Shown in pieces: positions 1 through 10,514 of a stretch of DNA of 64,000 bases. The notes below the pieces were generated by a model, which was not told the origin of the DNA, searched no databases, and was given only the letters and a program-made list of their open reading frames with translations. Numbering within the stretch: the stretch's first letter is position 1; each line of letters opens with the position of its first letter. The stretch is from NCBI GenBank assembly GCA_965223325.1, contig CBDCWI010000002.1:3776001-3840000 (forward strand). Reading direction: 5' to 3'. Source of the stretch: Candidatus Multivoradales bacterium (GTDB lineage Bacteria > Acidobacteriota > Thermoanaerobaculia > Multivoradales > Multivoraceae). Position numbers and translations under genes: made by a program.

Positions 1-326
1 CCGGTCAAGACTTCGTGGCGCCTGGCTGACAGACGCTCGAGCATGCTGCGGGCTTCCGGCTCGTCGCGCGGCTTGCCGAGGAGCTCGCCGTCGATGGTGA
101 CGATCGTGTCGGCTGCCAGAACCACTTCTCCAGGCGCAATCTGGCAGCGAGCCTTGTCCTCGGCAAGGCGAAGGACGTAGGCCTCAGCCGGCTCACCGAC
201 CCTCTGGGTTTCGTCGATGTCTGCCGGCCGAACCTCGGGCCTGAGCCCGAGGCCACAAAGTAGCTCACGGCGGCGCGGCGAGCCCGAGGCGAGGATGAAC
301 CGCGGGCGGTCGCCCTCGGAACTCAT
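1..326 (-). CDS. maf: Maf family nucleoside triphosphate pyrophosphatase (runs off the window start)
   Basis: Manual translation from ATG 326: [23 protein letters not shown]...VVLAADTIV...LLGKP, the classic Maf motifs. Start overlaps the stop of the upstream gene. Not in the ORF track. Confidence 0.9.
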   Translation of the reverse strand, partial: MSSEGDRPRFILASGSPRRRELLCGLGLRPEVRPADIDETQRVGEPAEAYVLRLAEDKARCQIAPGEVVLAADTIVTIDGELLGKPRDEPEARSMLERLSARRHEVLT

Positions 327-2899
327 GGGTAGTAACCGCTTACAGTGCGCGTTTCGAGACCTCGTTCGTCGACTTCGACGGTCACTGTGCGGTAGCCCTC
401 GGCTTCGCTCGTCGACTGGTAGACCAGGAGGTACTGCGAGCGGATTTCCTCCTCGATGCGGTCATAGATGCGGGTGAGCTCGCGCGCGGTTTCGATCGAG
501 TAGTAGGCACCTCCGGTGTCGCGCGCCAGACGACGGAGGCGGCTCTGAGTGGTCATTTGCCGCGAGTCGCTTCCGAGTGCGATCGTGTAGAGCGCGACGC
601 CACTTCGGCGGGCAAACTCGAGAACCGTGTCGTAGTCGTACTCGCTGTTCGAGTCTTCACCGTCTGAGATGACGATCAGGGCACGCTTCCCCTCGAGACC
701 ACGAAAGTAGTAGAGCGTGAAGATCAAACTGTCCCAGAGCGTCGTTTCGCCGTCGGCCTCGAGTCCCGCCAGGCCACCGGCGAGAATCTCGGTACTACCT
801 GTGAACGGAACCTGCAGTTTGGGTGCGTCGGCAAAGGTCACCAGGCAGGCCCGGTCCTTCTCACCGAGGACGCGCTCGAAGAAGCGCAGAGCAGCCTTCT
901 CAGCCTCGTCGAGCTCTTCTTCCATGGAGGTCGACGTATCGAGCAGAATGCCGGCATGCACCGACAGGTCGCGCACGTGTTCGAAACGGCGTACCGTTTG
1001 CGGCTCGCCCTCTTCCTTGACGACAAAAGCAGTCGGCTCGAGGTCGTCACGCGCGCGCCCCTTCTTGTCGACCACCGAGACGTAGAGCTCGACCATGTTG
1101 ATGTCGACGCGATCGACGAGATCGGGTGCGTTGACGAAAACCACGTCTTCGACCGATGTCTCGTTCTCGAGTGTTGCGACGACGCGAACATACGCGAGCT
1201 CGTCGTCCGGTCCGCCACCGATGCCTTCAGGAATCAGCATGGGTTGGACCCAGGGCGGCTGGTAGAGCGTTGCGACCAGCGTCTCGTTGAGGAAGAACTC
1301 GACGCGATCGAGCTTCTCGAGCGCTGGGGTGAGAACTTCGGCAACCGCGCGCACGCTCCTTCGATACCCCTTGCCGGGCTGCGGCTCCACCAGCCGGACA
1401 TCGAAGCGATGGGGGCCGGTGTTGAGCGTCAGGAGATCTTCTGCCAGGAGAAGGCCGCTCGCATCGTGTGCCTCTGCCGCCAGGGTGTGGACTTGCGGCT
1501 CCGGGCCGAGGTCGATCTCGACGCTATAGGGCGGCTTCGACTTCGACAAAACGCGGCGGCCGTCGAGGGCAAAGGTAACGCGCGCAATGTCATTGCCCTT
1601 GGCGTGTGCGCGCACTCGGGTTCTGCCGGTCAGCAAGAGGTCGTTGGGAACATCCAACACGATGCGGTGAGCGGCTTCGACCGGCGTCGTGTCTTCACTC
1701 GTGTCGTCACCGTCGCGGTCATCGTCTTCGGCGATGTTCAGGGACTGGTTGGCTTCTTCGAGAGCGGCAGCGCGGCCTTTGGTATCGGCAAGCTCACTGT
1801 GGATGACCCGCGCGCGCTCCTTGGCGACTCGCGGTACTTCGAGCGGGATGCGTTGGTGAAAGTAGCGCTCCGAGTTCAGCTCTTCGACCCGTAGAACGAG
1901 CTCGTAGGCCCCGGGCCTCAGCAACCGTTCGACGACGAGAGCAAGGGCGGTATCGGGTGCACCCTCGCGAGGCAGGTCGAAGCGATAGCGGAAACTCTCG
2001 AAGAGCTCGAGCTCGCCGCGTGCCGGAGCGCGCAGGACTTCGCCGTCGACCATGAAGCGCGCGACCTTCTCGTCGTGCCCCAGGTCTTCCTGGGCGACTT
2101 CGAGCAGCGCCTGCACGACTGTGCGGCTCTGATAGCGGCCCGGGTAAGCGATCTCGAGCGCAGCTCTTAGAGGGTCAGCGTCCTGGGGAACGTCGGTTGT
2201 CGAGGCGAGGAAGCTCGTGACCCATTCGGCGGTCGCGCGCCGACGCAGCATTGGCGCCTCATCGAGGAGGCGCTCGGTGTCGATGGTCGTACTGAGGGCT
2301 CGTACGATCTCCTCGCCGCGCGAGCACTCTTCGATCAGCGACCGGTAGAGCATCTCGTCACTGCCTGAACCGTCGAAGAGGAAGAGGCTCGACAGCCCAT
2401 CCGCCGCGTGCCAGGGTCGCCAATCGGAACCGCGTCGTGCGAACACCAGGTGAAACTCACCGCGCACGACCGAACCGTTGCGATAGCGCCAGATGTCTAG
2501 CGTGCGGATGGCGTCACAACGGGCCTTCCATGTGATCTCCGGTTCGCCGTGGAGAATCATCGCGTGGGCCTGTGGACTGTCGAGGTCCTCGAGCTGGTCG
2601 AGCGCCGCGTCGGTGCCGAGCTGGATGGCGTCGCGCAGTTCGTTGCGCGGGCTCTCGGGAAACGGGTCGCTGCGTCGCCAATACGCCTCGATGAAGGCGT
2701 CGCGCTGGTAGTCATGGGCCAGGTCGCGAAAAGCCTGCCGGCTCTCGTCGTCGAGCAGGAAGGCCGTCTGGGCCATGAACTGCTGGTGACGCGGAGCCAG
2801 CGCCGCGTCGTTCGCCGGTTCGGCTTGCTGCGCGGCCCCTGTCGGTAAAAGGCCGAGAGCGAAGAGGGTCCACACCAGAACGGAACGAAGAAACGCCAT
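323..2899 (-). CDS. Secreted GWxTD-domain / Ig-like / VWA-domain protein
   Basis: Signal peptide; [22 protein letters not shown] (GWxTD-like); C-terminal VWA with MIDAS DTSTS and ISDGED. Confidence 0.8.
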   Translation of the reverse strand: MAFLRSVLVWTLFALGLLPTGAAQQAEPANDAALAPRHQQFMAQTAFLLDDESRQAFRDLAHDYQRDAFIEAYWRRSDPFPESPRNELRDAIQLGTDAALDQLEDLDSPQAHAMILHGEPEITWKARCDAIRTLDIWRYRNGSVVRGEFHLVFARRGSDWRPWHAADGLSSLFLFDGSGSDEMLYRSLIEECSRGEEIVRALSTTIDTERLLDEAPMLRRRATAEWVTSFLASTTDVPQDADPLRAALEIAYPGRYQSRTVVQALLEVAQEDLGHDEKVARFMVDGEVLRAPARGELELFESFRYRFDLPREGAPDTALALVVERLLRPGAYELVLRVEELNSERYFHQRIPLEVPRVAKERARVIHSELADTKGRAAALEEANQSLNIAEDDDRDGDDTSEDTTPVEAAHRIVLDVPNDLLLTGRTRVRAHAKGNDIARVTFALDGRRVLSKSKPPYSVEIDLGPEPQVHTLAAEAHDASGLLLAEDLLTLNTGPHRFDVRLVEPQPGKGYRRSVRAVAEVLTPALEKLDRVEFFLNETLVATLYQPPWVQPMLIPEGIGGGPDDELAYVRVVATLENETSVEDVVFVNAPDLVDRVDINMVELYVSVVDKKGRARDDLEPTAFVVKEEGEPQTVRRFEHVRDLSVHAGILLDTSTSMEEELDEAEKAALRFFERVLGEKDRACLVTFADAPKLQVPFTGSTEILAGGLAGLEADGETTLWDSLIFTLYYFRGLEGKRALIVISDGEDSNSEYDYDTVLEFARRSGVALYTIALGSDSRQMTTQSRLRRLARDTGGAYYSIETARELTRIYDRIEEEIRSQYLLVYQSTSEAEGYRTVTVEVDERGLETRTVSGYYP

Positions 2900-2938
2900 A
2901 GGCGATGCTATCGCGCGAAGCGCCGGGACTGTTCGGCC

Positions 2939-4402
2939 TTAGTCGCTAAAGAGGTTGATGATGCGTTCGATCGCAGCGCTGCACACGGGACAGAAATGGT
3001 CCGGGTTGCGAGTGAACATGATGCAGTCGGCGCTCGGGCGGTAGAGACCCTTGGCCTGGTACCCGGCGCCCTCGAAGGCCCCGACTGCACCGAGGTGTGG
3101 CTCTTTGGCAAGCAACGCTGTGCTGGCTGCCTTGACCTCAGCGAAGTATTCGTCCATCCGCTCTTCCGTGGCGCCTCCTTTGCGCAGCGCCGAGCGAATT
3201 TCCTGATAGCCGAGCGACATCTCGTCGTAGGCGTCCTGGTTCCAGGGGGTCGGCACCGGAACGTCGTCGCCGAACCTACTCCACTTGAGGGTCTCGCCGT
3301 CTAGAAGCGCGGTGACGTTGGGCTCCCAGGGTTCGACTCCTGCGGTATTGAACCCCTCGTAGGCGACCTGCGAGGTGTAGTACTCATCACCGAGGCCGGC
3401 GAAGGCGTGGCCGAACTCGTGCACGATCAGGTAGGGCATCTGAGCACTCTTGGCGGCGGCTGTCGAATAGAGGTTGAAGATGCCCCCGCCGCCGTACTTG
3501 TCGCTGTTGGCGATCAAGATCAGAAAGTCGTACGGCGCCTGAGCGGCGACCTCGCGCATGCGCTGGTTGCTCATGGTGAGCATGTAACGCTCGGAATCGA
3601 AGATGTTGTAGCTCATTCCGAGCGGCGAGTTGCGCCACTTCCCTTCGCGGGGCTTGGTCACTCCGTGTTCGCTGGCAGCGACGTCGATCGCCCAGACATT
3701 GAAGTCACCTCGGCGCTCTCTGAACGGCGGGAACGAGAACAAGGCCTCGGCGACGGCGGTCGCGTCGTCGCGGTAGGAGCCCATCTCGTCTTCGGGGTAA
3801 CCATCGCCGAGGATGAGAAGGTCGACCTTCTCGGCCGGGTCACCGTTCTCGAAGACCGTCCACACTGCACCGGCTTTTGCGACCGGGGCGCGGTTGATCA
3901 GGCGACTCTCGGGGTCGATGACCTGAGAGTGGATCTCGCGAAAGGTGCCGTCGGCCGCCCTCCTCTTGAGGACCAGCTGTACGGGTGCGCGTGGCTCGGG
4001 GAAGCGTTGCGACTCGTGCAGCGAACGCCAGGCTCCTCCGCGCGCCTCAGCGGTGGTTTGCCATTCCCCGAAAATGCTCGAGAAACCTGCTGAGTAGATC
4101 GCTTGATGGGTCGCGGTGTCGATGACGGTGAACATGAACAGGCCGAGGTTGGTGGTATCGAGCAGCTGCGTGCGCCGACCCGACCACCTACCCTCGGCAC
4201 GGATTTGATCGAGAGCGATGTGCTCTTCGTTCGAAGTTCCGGTGTGGAAGTAGTCGAAGCGCAGGGTCCCACCGGTAAAGAAGCTGTCGAAGTCCTGCGC
4301 TGCGAGCGGGGTCGCAAGTGCGGCCAGGAGGAGAACTACGACGTTGCGAGCGATCGAAGGGCGATCAACGACGGTGTGCGACGGTTGTGCGTTTCGGCTC
4401 AT
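2939..4402 (-). CDS. Peptidase family M64 (IgA peptidase-like)
   Basis: Signal peptide, DLLILGDGY, HEFGHAFAGLGDEY zinc motif, CIM...FCPVC C-terminus. Confidence 0.9.
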   Translation of the reverse strand: MSRNAQPSHTVVDRPSIARNVVVLLLAALATPLAAQDFDSFFTGGTLRFDYFHTGTSNEEHIALDQIRAEGRWSGRRTQLLDTTNLGLFMFTVIDTATHQAIYSAGFSSIFGEWQTTAEARGGAWRSLHESQRFPEPRAPVQLVLKRRAADGTFREIHSQVIDPESRLINRAPVAKAGAVWTVFENGDPAEKVDLLILGDGYPEDEMGSYRDDATAVAEALFSFPPFRERRGDFNVWAIDVAASEHGVTKPREGKWRNSPLGMSYNIFDSERYMLTMSNQRMREVAAQAPYDFLILIANSDKYGGGGIFNLYSTAAAKSAQMPYLIVHEFGHAFAGLGDEYYTSQVAYEGFNTAGVEPWEPNVTALLDGETLKWSRFGDDVPVPTPWNQDAYDEMSLGYQEIRSALRKGGATEERMDEYFAEVKAASTALLAKEPHLGAVGAFEGAGYQAKGLYRPSADCIMFTRNPDHFCPVCSAAIERIINLFSD

Positions 4403-4411
4403 GCACGACTC

Positions 4412-5206
4412 CTAAGGCTCTTCGGCGCCACCCTTGTAGGCGATGGCAAACAGGTGTGCGGTGCGTTGGGGTTGGTTGTCGTCCTTCATCGACTCGCGAG
4501 CGCTCATAACGTTCGAGACCATGGTGCCGATGGCCTGAAGCGGCTTGCGGTAGGAAATCGAGCGCAGGCCACGCCAGCGATGTCGACCAGTTCGAATGCC
4601 ATAGACCACCTCGACGAGCGCGAAGTGTCGCTCCAGCAGACTTTGAAGCTCTTCCCGGCGATAGTGACGGACGTGGTCAGGGTTGTAGTTCGGCGGCTCG
4701 TTCTTGATGTAGTCGCCGTTGGGGGTCGTGAAGTACGCCCATGCTCCCGGTCGCAGCACCCGGGCAATCTGACGAACGAAAGCCTCGTCCTGGTCGATGT
4801 GCTCGATTACCTCGACCGCCACGATGCCGTCACGTGAATTGTCGGGAAGAGTCGACGTGCACATGTCCTCGATAAGAACGTCCTCGACGTTCGAGCGCCT
4901 TCGAGTCAGTCTCTCGAAAATGGGATCTGTCATTCCGAGATGGAGATCCTCCTGGACCTCCGCTTCGCGGGGAATGTCCATCACCGTGATGCGCGCGGGG
5001 AGGGCGATCGTGTAAGGGGATGAGCGGCCACCCACGTCGAGAACCGACGGGCTCGGCGTCGCAGCCCGCGTGATGAGTCGCCGGAGGTCGCGATGGGCGC
5101 GAGAATGGAGCGCCGGCAGGACCAGGCGAGCGTTATGGCGCAGGATCTCGTACGGTGTCATTCCTTTCACCGCACCATTGTTCGCAATCTTCGACGGCAC
5201 AGTCAA
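4412..5206 (-). CDS. Class I SAM-dependent methyltransferase
   Basis: VLDVGG motif I, EVIEH, RVLRPG, TTPN. Confidence 0.8.
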   Translation of the reverse strand: MTVPSKIANNGAVKGMTPYEILRHNARLVLPALHSRAHRDLRRLITRAATPSPSVLDVGGRSSPYTIALPARITVMDIPREAEVQEDLHLGMTDPIFERLTRRRSNVEDVLIEDMCTSTLPDNSRDGIVAVEVIEHIDQDEAFVRQIARVLRPGAWAYFTTPNGDYIKNEPPNYNPDHVRHYRREELQSLLERHFALVEVVYGIRTGRHRWRGLRSISYRKPLQAIGTMVSNVMSARESMKDDNQPQRTAHLFAIAYKGGAEEP

Positions 5207-5248
5207 TCTCGAACAGCCAACCTCGGGCTCGCTTCGACCGCTGGCTTC

Positions 5249-6412
5249 CTATGAGTGTTCGTTGGGCCGCGGCTGACGGGCGAGGCGTGGCAGCAGGTAC
5301 GCTGCCCAACAACCTGTTGCTGTCAGGAAGAAGAGAGCCCCCCAGGATAGCCATTGCAAGACCGAGGGCGCGTCGAGGTCGACCAGCATGCGGGCCAGAA
5401 GTGCCGGCAGGAGCAGCGCGGCCATCGCAGCTAGAGGCCACGGTCTGCCGGTCTGCAACTTCGAATAGCCACCATGCCCGAGGATGACCTGTGAGCTCAC
5501 GGCCAGCGCGAGCAGGCCGAAGCCGCCAATGAAGGTCACATGAAGCCCACCCTTGCCCAGACGCGGCACGGCCGCCGCGACCAGATACCCCAGGGGCGCG
5601 CACCAGATCCCGATGAACAGCAGCCAGCGGATGAGGCCGGGGCGGTTCGGCGGTCGGTGAATCTGCGCCGAGAGAAGGAGGGCCAAGAGCATGGTTACAC
5701 CGCGCAGGGCGTAGCCGAGTCGTAGTGCGAGGTAGTGCTCGAGGGCAAAGCTCAGGAGGAGGAGCAAGACCCCCAGCCCATTCAGGGCGAGGTCACGTGA
5801 CGACTCGCGGTAGGAGCCCAGATCGCGCGGCGCGCTGCCCCTGGTCATCAAAGGGACCGCGAAGCCGCCGATGCCGACGACCAGGCAGCAGAACAGCCCC
5901 TGCAGCACCAGACCCCGACCAAGCTCGTGCAACGTCCACATCCCGGGCATGGCGGCACCGAAGCCGGTCAGAACGGAGCCCACAACGCCGCACGCAAGGG
6001 CCGCGATGAGCCAGATGAAGTTGGCCGGAGGCCGGCGCCCTCCGCGCCGCAAGCGCGGCCAGGCGAAAAGGAAGACCGCAACCAGAAGCACCAGCCAGAA
6101 AGCCTGCGCCACCGACCAGAGCTCCAGGCCAGCAGCGACCGTCGTTCCGATAGGGCACGCAAACGAGACCACCAGCAGTGGCAGGCTGGGTGGGTCGCTC
6201 TCGGTGCGTCGAGGCAGCATCGTGAACAGGAAGCCGAGCGCGAAACAGATCAGGAACCCCTGGACCTGCACCATGGCGTGAAAAATCGAGAGGTAGGCCT
6301 CGATCACTCCCTGCCCGAAGAGAAGCCACTGGCCGACTCCCACCCACGCCAGGCCGATGCCAAGCGGGAAGAACAGCCGATACGGCTGACGGCGGAGCGC
6401 GTCGAGTGTCAG
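5249..6412 (-). CDS. nnrS: NnrS family membrane protein (probable CTG start)
   Basis: Multi-TM; in-frame RRQPYRLFFPLG N-terminal motif upstream of the ORF-track start; GFLFTMLPR, LHVTFIGG, ILGHGG. Confidence 0.75.
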   Translation of the reverse strand: MTLDALRRQPYRLFFPLGIGLAWVGVGQWLLFGQGVIEAYLSIFHAMVQVQGFLICFALGFLFTMLPRRTESDPPSLPLLVVSFACPIGTTVAAGLELWSVAQAFWLVLLVAVFLFAWPRLRRGGRRPPANFIWLIAALACGVVGSVLTGFGAAMPGMWTLHELGRGLVLQGLFCCLVVGIGGFAVPLMTRGSAPRDLGSYRESSRDLALNGLGVLLLLLSFALEHYLALRLGYALRGVTMLLALLLSAQIHRPPNRPGLIRWLLFIGIWCAPLGYLVAAAVPRLGKGGLHVTFIGGFGLLALAVSSQVILGHGGYSKLQTGRPWPLAAMAALLLPALLARMLVDLDAPSVLQWLSWGALFFLTATGCWAAYLLPRLARQPRPNEHS

Positions 6413-6429
6413 GAGGCGCGGACCTTCCT

Positions 6430-9120
6430 TCAGGGGTAGTAGCCGCGAATCGTCTTGGCTTTGGCGCCAGGCGCGTCGACTCTCACCTCGACGGACCGGA
6501 AGCCGGAGCGTGGGTCGCTGTTCGTAGACTGATAGGCAATCAGATACCGAGAGCGGAGCTCCTGCTCGATGGCCGCATAGATGGCGTCGAGCTCGTCGAC
6601 GCCCTTGATGAAGAAGGAACGCCCGCCGGTCTCATCGGCGAGCCGGGTGAGGTTGCGCTTGGCAATACCCGACTCTTTGCCAGTGATGTTGAGGCCGATG
6701 GCGTAGATCGAAACACCGGCACGCCTGGCGTACTCGAGGGTCTGATCGAACGAGAAGCGGCTGACCTCGTCTTTTCCGTCAGAGAGAAGCAGCATCGCCT
6801 TCTGGCCCTTGAGGCCGTTCATGTAGTAGAGCGAGAACACCATGGCGTCCCACAGTGCGGTGCCGCGTTCTGCCTTCAGGCCAGCCAACCCTCCCGCTAG
6901 CTCATCGACCTCGTTGGTCATCTTGACCATCAGGTTGGGGTGGTCGTTGAAGGTCACCAGGGCGGCGCGGTCCTTGGGGGTGATGGCACTCTCGAAGAAC
7001 TGCAACGCTGCCTGCTGGACCTCTTGCACGTTGTCCTTCATCGAGGCGGAGACATCGATGACGACCTCGGCGTGGATCGGCAGGTTGTCGACCTTCTCGA
7101 AGCGCGCAATGGTCTGGGCCACGCCGTCTTCGGTGACGCTGAAGTTCGATGCCGCGAGGCCCTGGATTGGCCGCCCGTTCTTGTCCAGGGCAGAGGTGTA
7201 CATCTCGACGAACTCGATGTCGAGGTTCTCGAGGTAGTCGGGAGCGTTGATGTACTCCATATCATCGGTGGCGTTGCCGTCAGGGAGGTAGGCGACAGCG
7301 CGGATGTAGGCCAGTTCGCCGGGATTGGGCAGATCGATGCGGGCGACCCACGGTTCCTGGTAGAGCGTCGCGACGAGGTCTTCGTTGTGGAAGAACTCAA
7401 CCCGTTCGACGGGACGACCTTCGGGAGTGAGCACCGATGCCTCAGCATCGACGGAGGAAGCGTAGTCGACCCCGCTGCGAGGCTCGATGAGCGCCACCTC
7501 GAACTGGTGCTCGCCCGCATTGATCGTCATCTGGTCGCTGGTCAGCTCGACGCCGTCGGCGTCGTGGGCGGAAACGCGGACCTCATGGGTTCTCGGAACC
7601 GAACCCAGGTTGAGCTCGACGGAATAGGGCGGCCGGCGCTTTTGCAGGACGACCTGGTCGTTGAGCCAGAACTTGACTTCTTCGATACCTACGCCGGTTG
7701 CCAGCGTGTCGAAGCGCACCATGCCGACCTGCATCGTGCCATGTGGTTCGAGCAGTTTGATGGTCGCGATGTCGGAGCCGATCACGATATTGGCTTCCTC
7801 GAGCAGGCGCCTTGTCTCGGGGTCTTCGGGAACACGCCGGTCGGCAACGTCAATGAGCGGCACCTCGATGGCGTCCTCGTAGCGGAAGAAGCTCTTGCCG
7901 TTGAGGTCTTCGAGGCGCAATACGAGCCGGTAAGAGCCGGGGCGCAGGCGGCGCTCGAAGACCAGCGGGATCTTCACTCCCTGCACCTCATTGGCGGACA
8001 GGTCGTACTTGTAGCGGAACTGTTCGAAGAGCTTGGGGGTGTCTCCCTCAGCTGGCGTCGGGTCAAGAACCTCGCCAGTGAGAAAGAAGTTGTAGCCGGT
8101 GTGGTCGGCCAGCTGGACGGTTCCGATCTGCTCTTTGTCGACCGAGAGCACGCCGCGCATGACGGTACGACTCTGATAGCGGTCGGGGTACTCGAGACTG
8201 ACCTCGGCGTCGAACGTGTTGGCGTCCTCAGGGATCTCGGTGGTGTAGGAGGCAAAGGTCTCGAGCCACTCGCCATCAGGCGTTTCGGACGGCCGCTCAG
8301 TGCGCGCCAGAGTCATCTCGTAGTCCATGCGATAGCTCGGGTGAAGCGCACGCGAAAGGATGCCGGCCACAACGTCGCCGTCCTTGCAGGAGTAGATGTC
8401 TTGAAAGAAGGTCTGGATGTTGGCGCCGGAGGCTGATGAGGCGTCTGCGCCAGTGGCGATCAAGTCGCGCACCCCATCGCTCGGCCGCCACAGGTAGTAG
8501 CGCTGGGCACCCCACTTGCGGTGGAAAATCAAGAAGAACTCGTGCCCGACACGTTCACTTCGGCGATAGATCCAGATGTCGAGCGGTACGACCACCTGCG
8601 TGCACTTGAACTCGATCCGACCGTCGGGTGGGCCGTTGAGGAGCATCATGCGCGCGCGGTCGTCGTTTTGTTCTTCACCGAACTCCTGCTTGATGAACTG
8701 CAGGCGCTCGTACCACTGGATCTTGAACTCGTTGCGCGGCGACTCGGGGAACGGATCGCGAATGCGCCAGAAGCGCTCGATGAAGGCGTCGCGTTGATAG
8801 TCCTTTTCGATCTCGAGGAACGCCTGCCGCTCCTCGTCGCTGATCAGCCAGTGCACCTCGTGTAGCCACTGCCGGTAGGGGGCCGGCAAAGCCTCGGTGA
8901 GCTCGCGGACCTCTTTGCGACGCATCTTGCGCTTGCGCTTCTTTTCCGGTTTCGCCTCCTCTGCCTCAGCAACGTGCCCTTCGGCCGTCTCTTCGGCGCC
9001 TGCCTGCTGAGCGGTCACTGGGTTGGAGATCAGGACGAGCGCCATGGCAGAACCGACGAGCCCGGCCAGGATCGGACTCACGGAGGGTGGGAAGCGCTTG
9101 TTGAATCGAGGTGGCATCAT
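6430..9120 (-). CDS. Secreted GWxTD-domain / Ig-like / VWA-domain protein (paralog of 323-2899)
   Basis: WLHEVHWLISDEERQAFL...RDAFIERFWRIRDP; VWA DVSAS, LSDGKD; same GYYP C-terminus as the paralog. Confidence 0.82.
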   Translation of the reverse strand: MMPPRFNKRFPPSVSPILAGLVGSAMALVLISNPVTAQQAGAEETAEGHVAEAEEAKPEKKRKRKMRRKEVRELTEALPAPYRQWLHEVHWLISDEERQAFLEIEKDYQRDAFIERFWRIRDPFPESPRNEFKIQWYERLQFIKQEFGEEQNDDRARMMLLNGPPDGRIEFKCTQVVVPLDIWIYRRSERVGHEFFLIFHRKWGAQRYYLWRPSDGVRDLIATGADASSASGANIQTFFQDIYSCKDGDVVAGILSRALHPSYRMDYEMTLARTERPSETPDGEWLETFASYTTEIPEDANTFDAEVSLEYPDRYQSRTVMRGVLSVDKEQIGTVQLADHTGYNFFLTGEVLDPTPAEGDTPKLFEQFRYKYDLSANEVQGVKIPLVFERRLRPGSYRLVLRLEDLNGKSFFRYEDAIEVPLIDVADRRVPEDPETRRLLEEANIVIGSDIATIKLLEPHGTMQVGMVRFDTLATGVGIEEVKFWLNDQVVLQKRRPPYSVELNLGSVPRTHEVRVSAHDADGVELTSDQMTINAGEHQFEVALIEPRSGVDYASSVDAEASVLTPEGRPVERVEFFHNEDLVATLYQEPWVARIDLPNPGELAYIRAVAYLPDGNATDDMEYINAPDYLENLDIEFVEMYTSALDKNGRPIQGLAASNFSVTEDGVAQTIARFEKVDNLPIHAEVVIDVSASMKDNVQEVQQAALQFFESAITPKDRAALVTFNDHPNLMVKMTNEVDELAGGLAGLKAERGTALWDAMVFSLYYMNGLKGQKAMLLLSDGKDEVSRFSFDQTLEYARRAGVSIYAIGLNITGKESGIAKRNLTRLADETGGRSFFIKGVDELDAIYAAIEQELRSRYLIAYQSTNSDPRSGFRSVEVRVDAPGAKAKTIRGYYP

Positions 9121-9275
9121 CGATGGTCCTTTTGCGCAGCGCAAAATGGCCTGAGGAGCGTCACTGCTCCGGCGACCGAACCGCCGTGTGGGCGGTGCGA
9201 GGGTCTATGGCGGAGCCAACACGCCGGGTCTATGAGTCTATTCCGCTCGGCGACCCCGCAGATATAGTCGGTCGG

Positions 9276-10514
9276 ATGGGCACTTCGAGCGCGAACGACG
9301 GTCGCTGGTACTTCGACCACAATGCCACCAGTCCGCCCGATCCGCGGGTGGTCGAGGCGATGCTGCCCTGGCTGGGTGCCCAGCACGGCAACCCGTCGTC
9401 GGTTCACTCGCATGGTCAGGCTGCGCGTGCGGCGATCGAACAGGCCAGGGTCGAGGTCGCTGGGCTCCTGGGTGCCAGCGCCCTCGAGGTCGTCTTCATG
9501 GGCTCTGGTACCGAAGCCAACAACGCGGTCGTTCTGTCGGTGGTGGCCAATGGGCTGGAGCCGGCGTCCTCGAGCGACGCGGCGACTACCCTTCCCCACC
9601 TTGTCATTCCGTCGTTCGAACACCCCTCCATCACGGTGCTTGCCGAAGCGCTCGAAGCGGCCGGCCGGGCTACGGTGACCTGGGTTGATCCATCTCCGTC
9701 GGGCGTCGTCGCGGTCGCCGACATCGAACATGCGCTTCGGCCCGAAACGGTCTTGGTGGCGTTGATGTTGGCCAACAACGAGGTCGGAACGCTGCAGCCA
9801 GTCGCCGAAGTTGCCTCGCTGTGTCGTGAGCGCGGGGTGCCTGTCCTTTGTGACGCAGTTCAAGCGGCTGGCAAGGTCCCCGTTGACGCTCCGACGCTGG
9901 GGGTTGACTGGCTAGTGATCGCGGGCCACAAGTTTCACGGTCCTCTCGGCGCAGCGGCCCTCTGGATGCGTCCTTCGGCCGTTTTCGAGCCCCTTCTGGT
10001 GGGAGGCCGGCAGGAGCGCGGTCGCCGTTCGAGTACCGAGAATGTGCCGGCGATCGTCGGTTTGGGAACAGCTTGTCGCTTGGCCGCCGGTGAGCTGGCG
10101 GAGCGGGCGCGCCACCTCGAGGGCCTGAGGCGTCGCTTCGAGGACGGCCTGGCCGCCATTCCAGACGCCCGAGTTCATGGCGACACGGTCGAACGCCTTC
10201 CCCATACGACCAACGTCGCCTTTCCCGGGCTCGTGGGTCAGGACCTGGTGATTCGAATGGATCTCGTCGGCTGTTGCCTGTCGACCGGCGCCGCCTGCGC
10301 TTCCGGCGTGGTCGAGCCGAGTGCGACGCTCAAGGCGCTTGGCCTCGATGACGAAGAGGCGATTGGAACGGTTCGGGTGAGTTTCGGGATGCCCAACACG
10401 GTCTCTCATGTCGACCATCTGCTGTCTCAGTTGGCCGTCGCCGTTGCCAGCCTGCGGGATCGCAGGTCGAGCACTGGTAGGCAGTCGGCGTCCGAGGTGG
10501 TTGGTTCCCGATGA
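9276..10514 (+). CDS. iscS: Cysteine desulfurase (IscS/NifS type)
   Basis: YFDHNATS, GNPSSVH, ANNEVG, DAVQ, GHKFHGP (PLP Lys), STGAACASG (catalytic Cys); coupled to mnmA. Confidence 0.9.
   Translation: MGTSSANDGRWYFDHNATSPPDPRVVEAMLPWLGAQHGNPSSVHSHGQAARAAIEQARVEVAGLLGASALEVVFMGSGTEANNAVVLSVVANGLEPASSSDAATTLPHLVIPSFEHPSITVLAEALEAAGRATVTWVDPSPSGVVAVADIEHALRPETVLVALMLANNEVGTLQPVAEVASLCRERGVPVLCDAVQAAGKVPVDAPTLGVDWLVIAGHKFHGPLGAAALWMRPSAVFEPLLVGGRQERGRRSSTENVPAIVGLGTACRLAAGELAERARHLEGLRRRFEDGLAAIPDARVHGDTVERLPHTTNVAFPGLVGQDLVIRMDLVGCCLSTGAACASGVVEPSATLKALGLDDEEAIGTVRVSFGMPNTVSHVDHLLSQLAVAVASLRDRRSSTGRQSASEVVGSR

Noticed and set aside
6940-8436. Long antisense ORFs (e.g. 498 aa here, 956-1894, 22351-23325)
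   Set aside because: Shadow frames of GC-rich genes with no motifs.
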